From Pecten maximus (taxonomy: Eukaryota), in contig NC_047020.1 in assembly GCF_902652985.1 (NCBI RefSeq), forward strand, positions 29,760,001 through 29,824,000: 64,000 nucleotides of DNA, in the 5' to 3' direction. Below, piece after piece: positions 62,076-64,000 of this stretch; position 1 is the first letter of the stretch, and every line of letters starts with the position of its first letter. The position numbers and the translations under genes are program-made. A model generated the notes under the pieces. The model was not told the origin of the DNA. It saw only the letters and a program-made list of their open reading frames with translations, and did not search any database.

Positions 62076-63507
62076 TAACACACAAAATGTATAACAGTTA
62101 CATTTTCAGACATTTAACGGAACAAGGTACGCCAAAGCGAACATTACATTTGATATACACTCAAACTAACACACGATTTAATCAACAAAAATAGAAAGAA
62201 TAAAAACTGTACGTGAATTACTAAAATTAACTTCAGCACGCGAAACGAAACAAAATAATAAAAACGCGAAAGGGAGCGTACACCGAAACGGACGTCAAAT
62301 TCATTGTTATCATCGAAATCAACGTAAATCAAAACAATTGTACACAAAGACGAACATCGAATTCACTACACTCTTAAACTTGAATTTGATGAAAGGGAAT
62401 ATTGAAATTGATACAGTTGTACGTCCATGACCCCTTTATAAGTACGGGGTAGGTCTCGCGGTAACACACTGCTAACGGCTTGTATTATCTACAAATGTAT
62501 ATTAAAACCTATTGACCAATAATCAACACTTCACAGGATTCTGCCTGCAGTGTGTCGATAATCTACCAAAAGAGAAAGTAAACAATGGCATCTCTCCATG
62601 GGTGGGTGGGCGTGCCGCCATGTCTCAGGAGGAGGAGGAGTATCGAATATGTTTAGTTCAAAATAAAAACTTCAAATGCAAATATTCACGAAACTGCTTT
62701 AAAAAGTTAACAAATAACATTAAGCTGCCTTTGTATGCGTTGCGGGGTTAATTATCTGATTTGATATCCAGTGTAGTCCCAGGGACGTGATGTTTATCGG
62801 CTACTTTGCTGTTCATACTGTCTCCAGCTCAACGTTTCATTCCCAGCGGTTTGATAAGATTGTCGCCCATGAACTACAACGGCTAATAAATCTATTAAAT
62901 ATAGTCGATAGCAAACGTGGAATTTACAACATTTAAAAGATCAATCAACTGGAATCAATCATGCTTCGTTTTGGATGTATGTAATCACACTGTAAAGTTA
63001 AACATGAAACAGAAAACGCCGGTTTGGAACCGACACGACTGTTCTGCTTATGGTGGTATACACCGTACACGTTTAATAAACAAACACCTAGTCCAAGTAG
63101 ATCAAGCCTGACAAATATTTAAGAAACTGCTTACATAAGTGTAATAAAACCAGAAATCATTCCATAATGGAGATAAATAATTAAAAAGGGGTACATATGA
63201 AGAGAAATTTTTTTATGGATTTTCGTAAAAGATACAATATTTCCTAAATAACCATAGTTGTTATATACCAATATCATTGTGTGGTACGGACTCGAGTAGA
63301 GTAGGAATAACATTGTAATCCTAGCCTTATACCGATGTGTATCCAAAATAGGATAAATGAATAGGAAAACATGCTTTAAATGGTTAACGGCAATGAATAC
63401 CGAGATAATAACGAAACTTTAATTCAAACTCAAAATCGATTAAACGAGTGCAAAACATAAAAAAAAATGCGTTAAGACTCCTGAAAAAGTACGAGGGAAA
63501 TAAGCAC

Positions 63508-63628
63508 CGTACAAATCTTGGTTGAATCGACGACACCCGCCATACAAATCTTGGTCGAATCGACGACACCTCTAGTACAAATCTTGGTCGAATCGACGAC
63601 ACCTCTCGTACAAATCTAGTTCGAATCA
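63508..63628. repeat. 33-bp tandem repeat, ~3.5 copies
   Basis: TACAAATCTTGGTCGAATCGACGACACC. Confidence 0.88.
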
Positions 63629-64000
63629 CAGGCGTCTGCAACTGGTTTGTATTTATAAAAAAAAAAACATTAGACCATATTCCTACTATATCAACAAGGT
63701 TACACTTATCTTTCTTAGAGCTGTTTGAAACAGACAGTCTGATTGGTTGACAAATATATTTAGTATTGTTTACAGAGCTGTCGATCAATCAAATTGCCCG
63801 TTACAAAACTGCTCAAATTATTTCCTACTTCAGTTTCACAGTCGATGTATAGTCGGCTATCACGACCGTTTTTGGTCCATTTTCTCACCTTTAAATAATT
63901 GCCACGCGACACAAAACTATCATGCATTGATATTCAAGGATTCTAAACCAAGGGACGATACTGAAGCTTATGTGCATTTGATGTTTTAGTCGGATTGAAC

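Overview
AT-rich, intron-rich animal DNA (repeat families and gene content suggest a mollusc, probably a bivalve; inference). Two protein-coding genes lie on the minus strand. (1) The 5' ~60% of a MYCBP2/PHR (Highwire/RPM-1) E3 ubiquitin ligase gene: ATG at 39596, 58 exons that I could chain by hand in consistent phase (8257 nt, ~2750 aa: RCC1-like domain, PHR1, PHR2, filamin-like/RAE1-binding region), plus two candidate cassette exons; the gene runs off the left edge. (2) The last five coding exons (2004 nt incl. stop) of a DUR3-like urea/solute symporter (SSS family), 61797-54864, with a Cys/His-rich loop. Introns and the intergenic region hold a dozen or more minisatellites, two tRNA-derived SINEs, Harbinger-like MITEs and a non-autonomous hAT element with an 8-bp TSD and a decayed BED-finger transposase. 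The most unusual pattern is that several intronic tandem arrays are copies of the adjacent exon/intron junction, giving ladders of intact splice donors: one array is fully in frame (10 extra donors), one is a stop-containing ladder, and one is an array of about 30 possible 15-nt microexons. No CRISPR, rRNA or true tRNA genes were seen.
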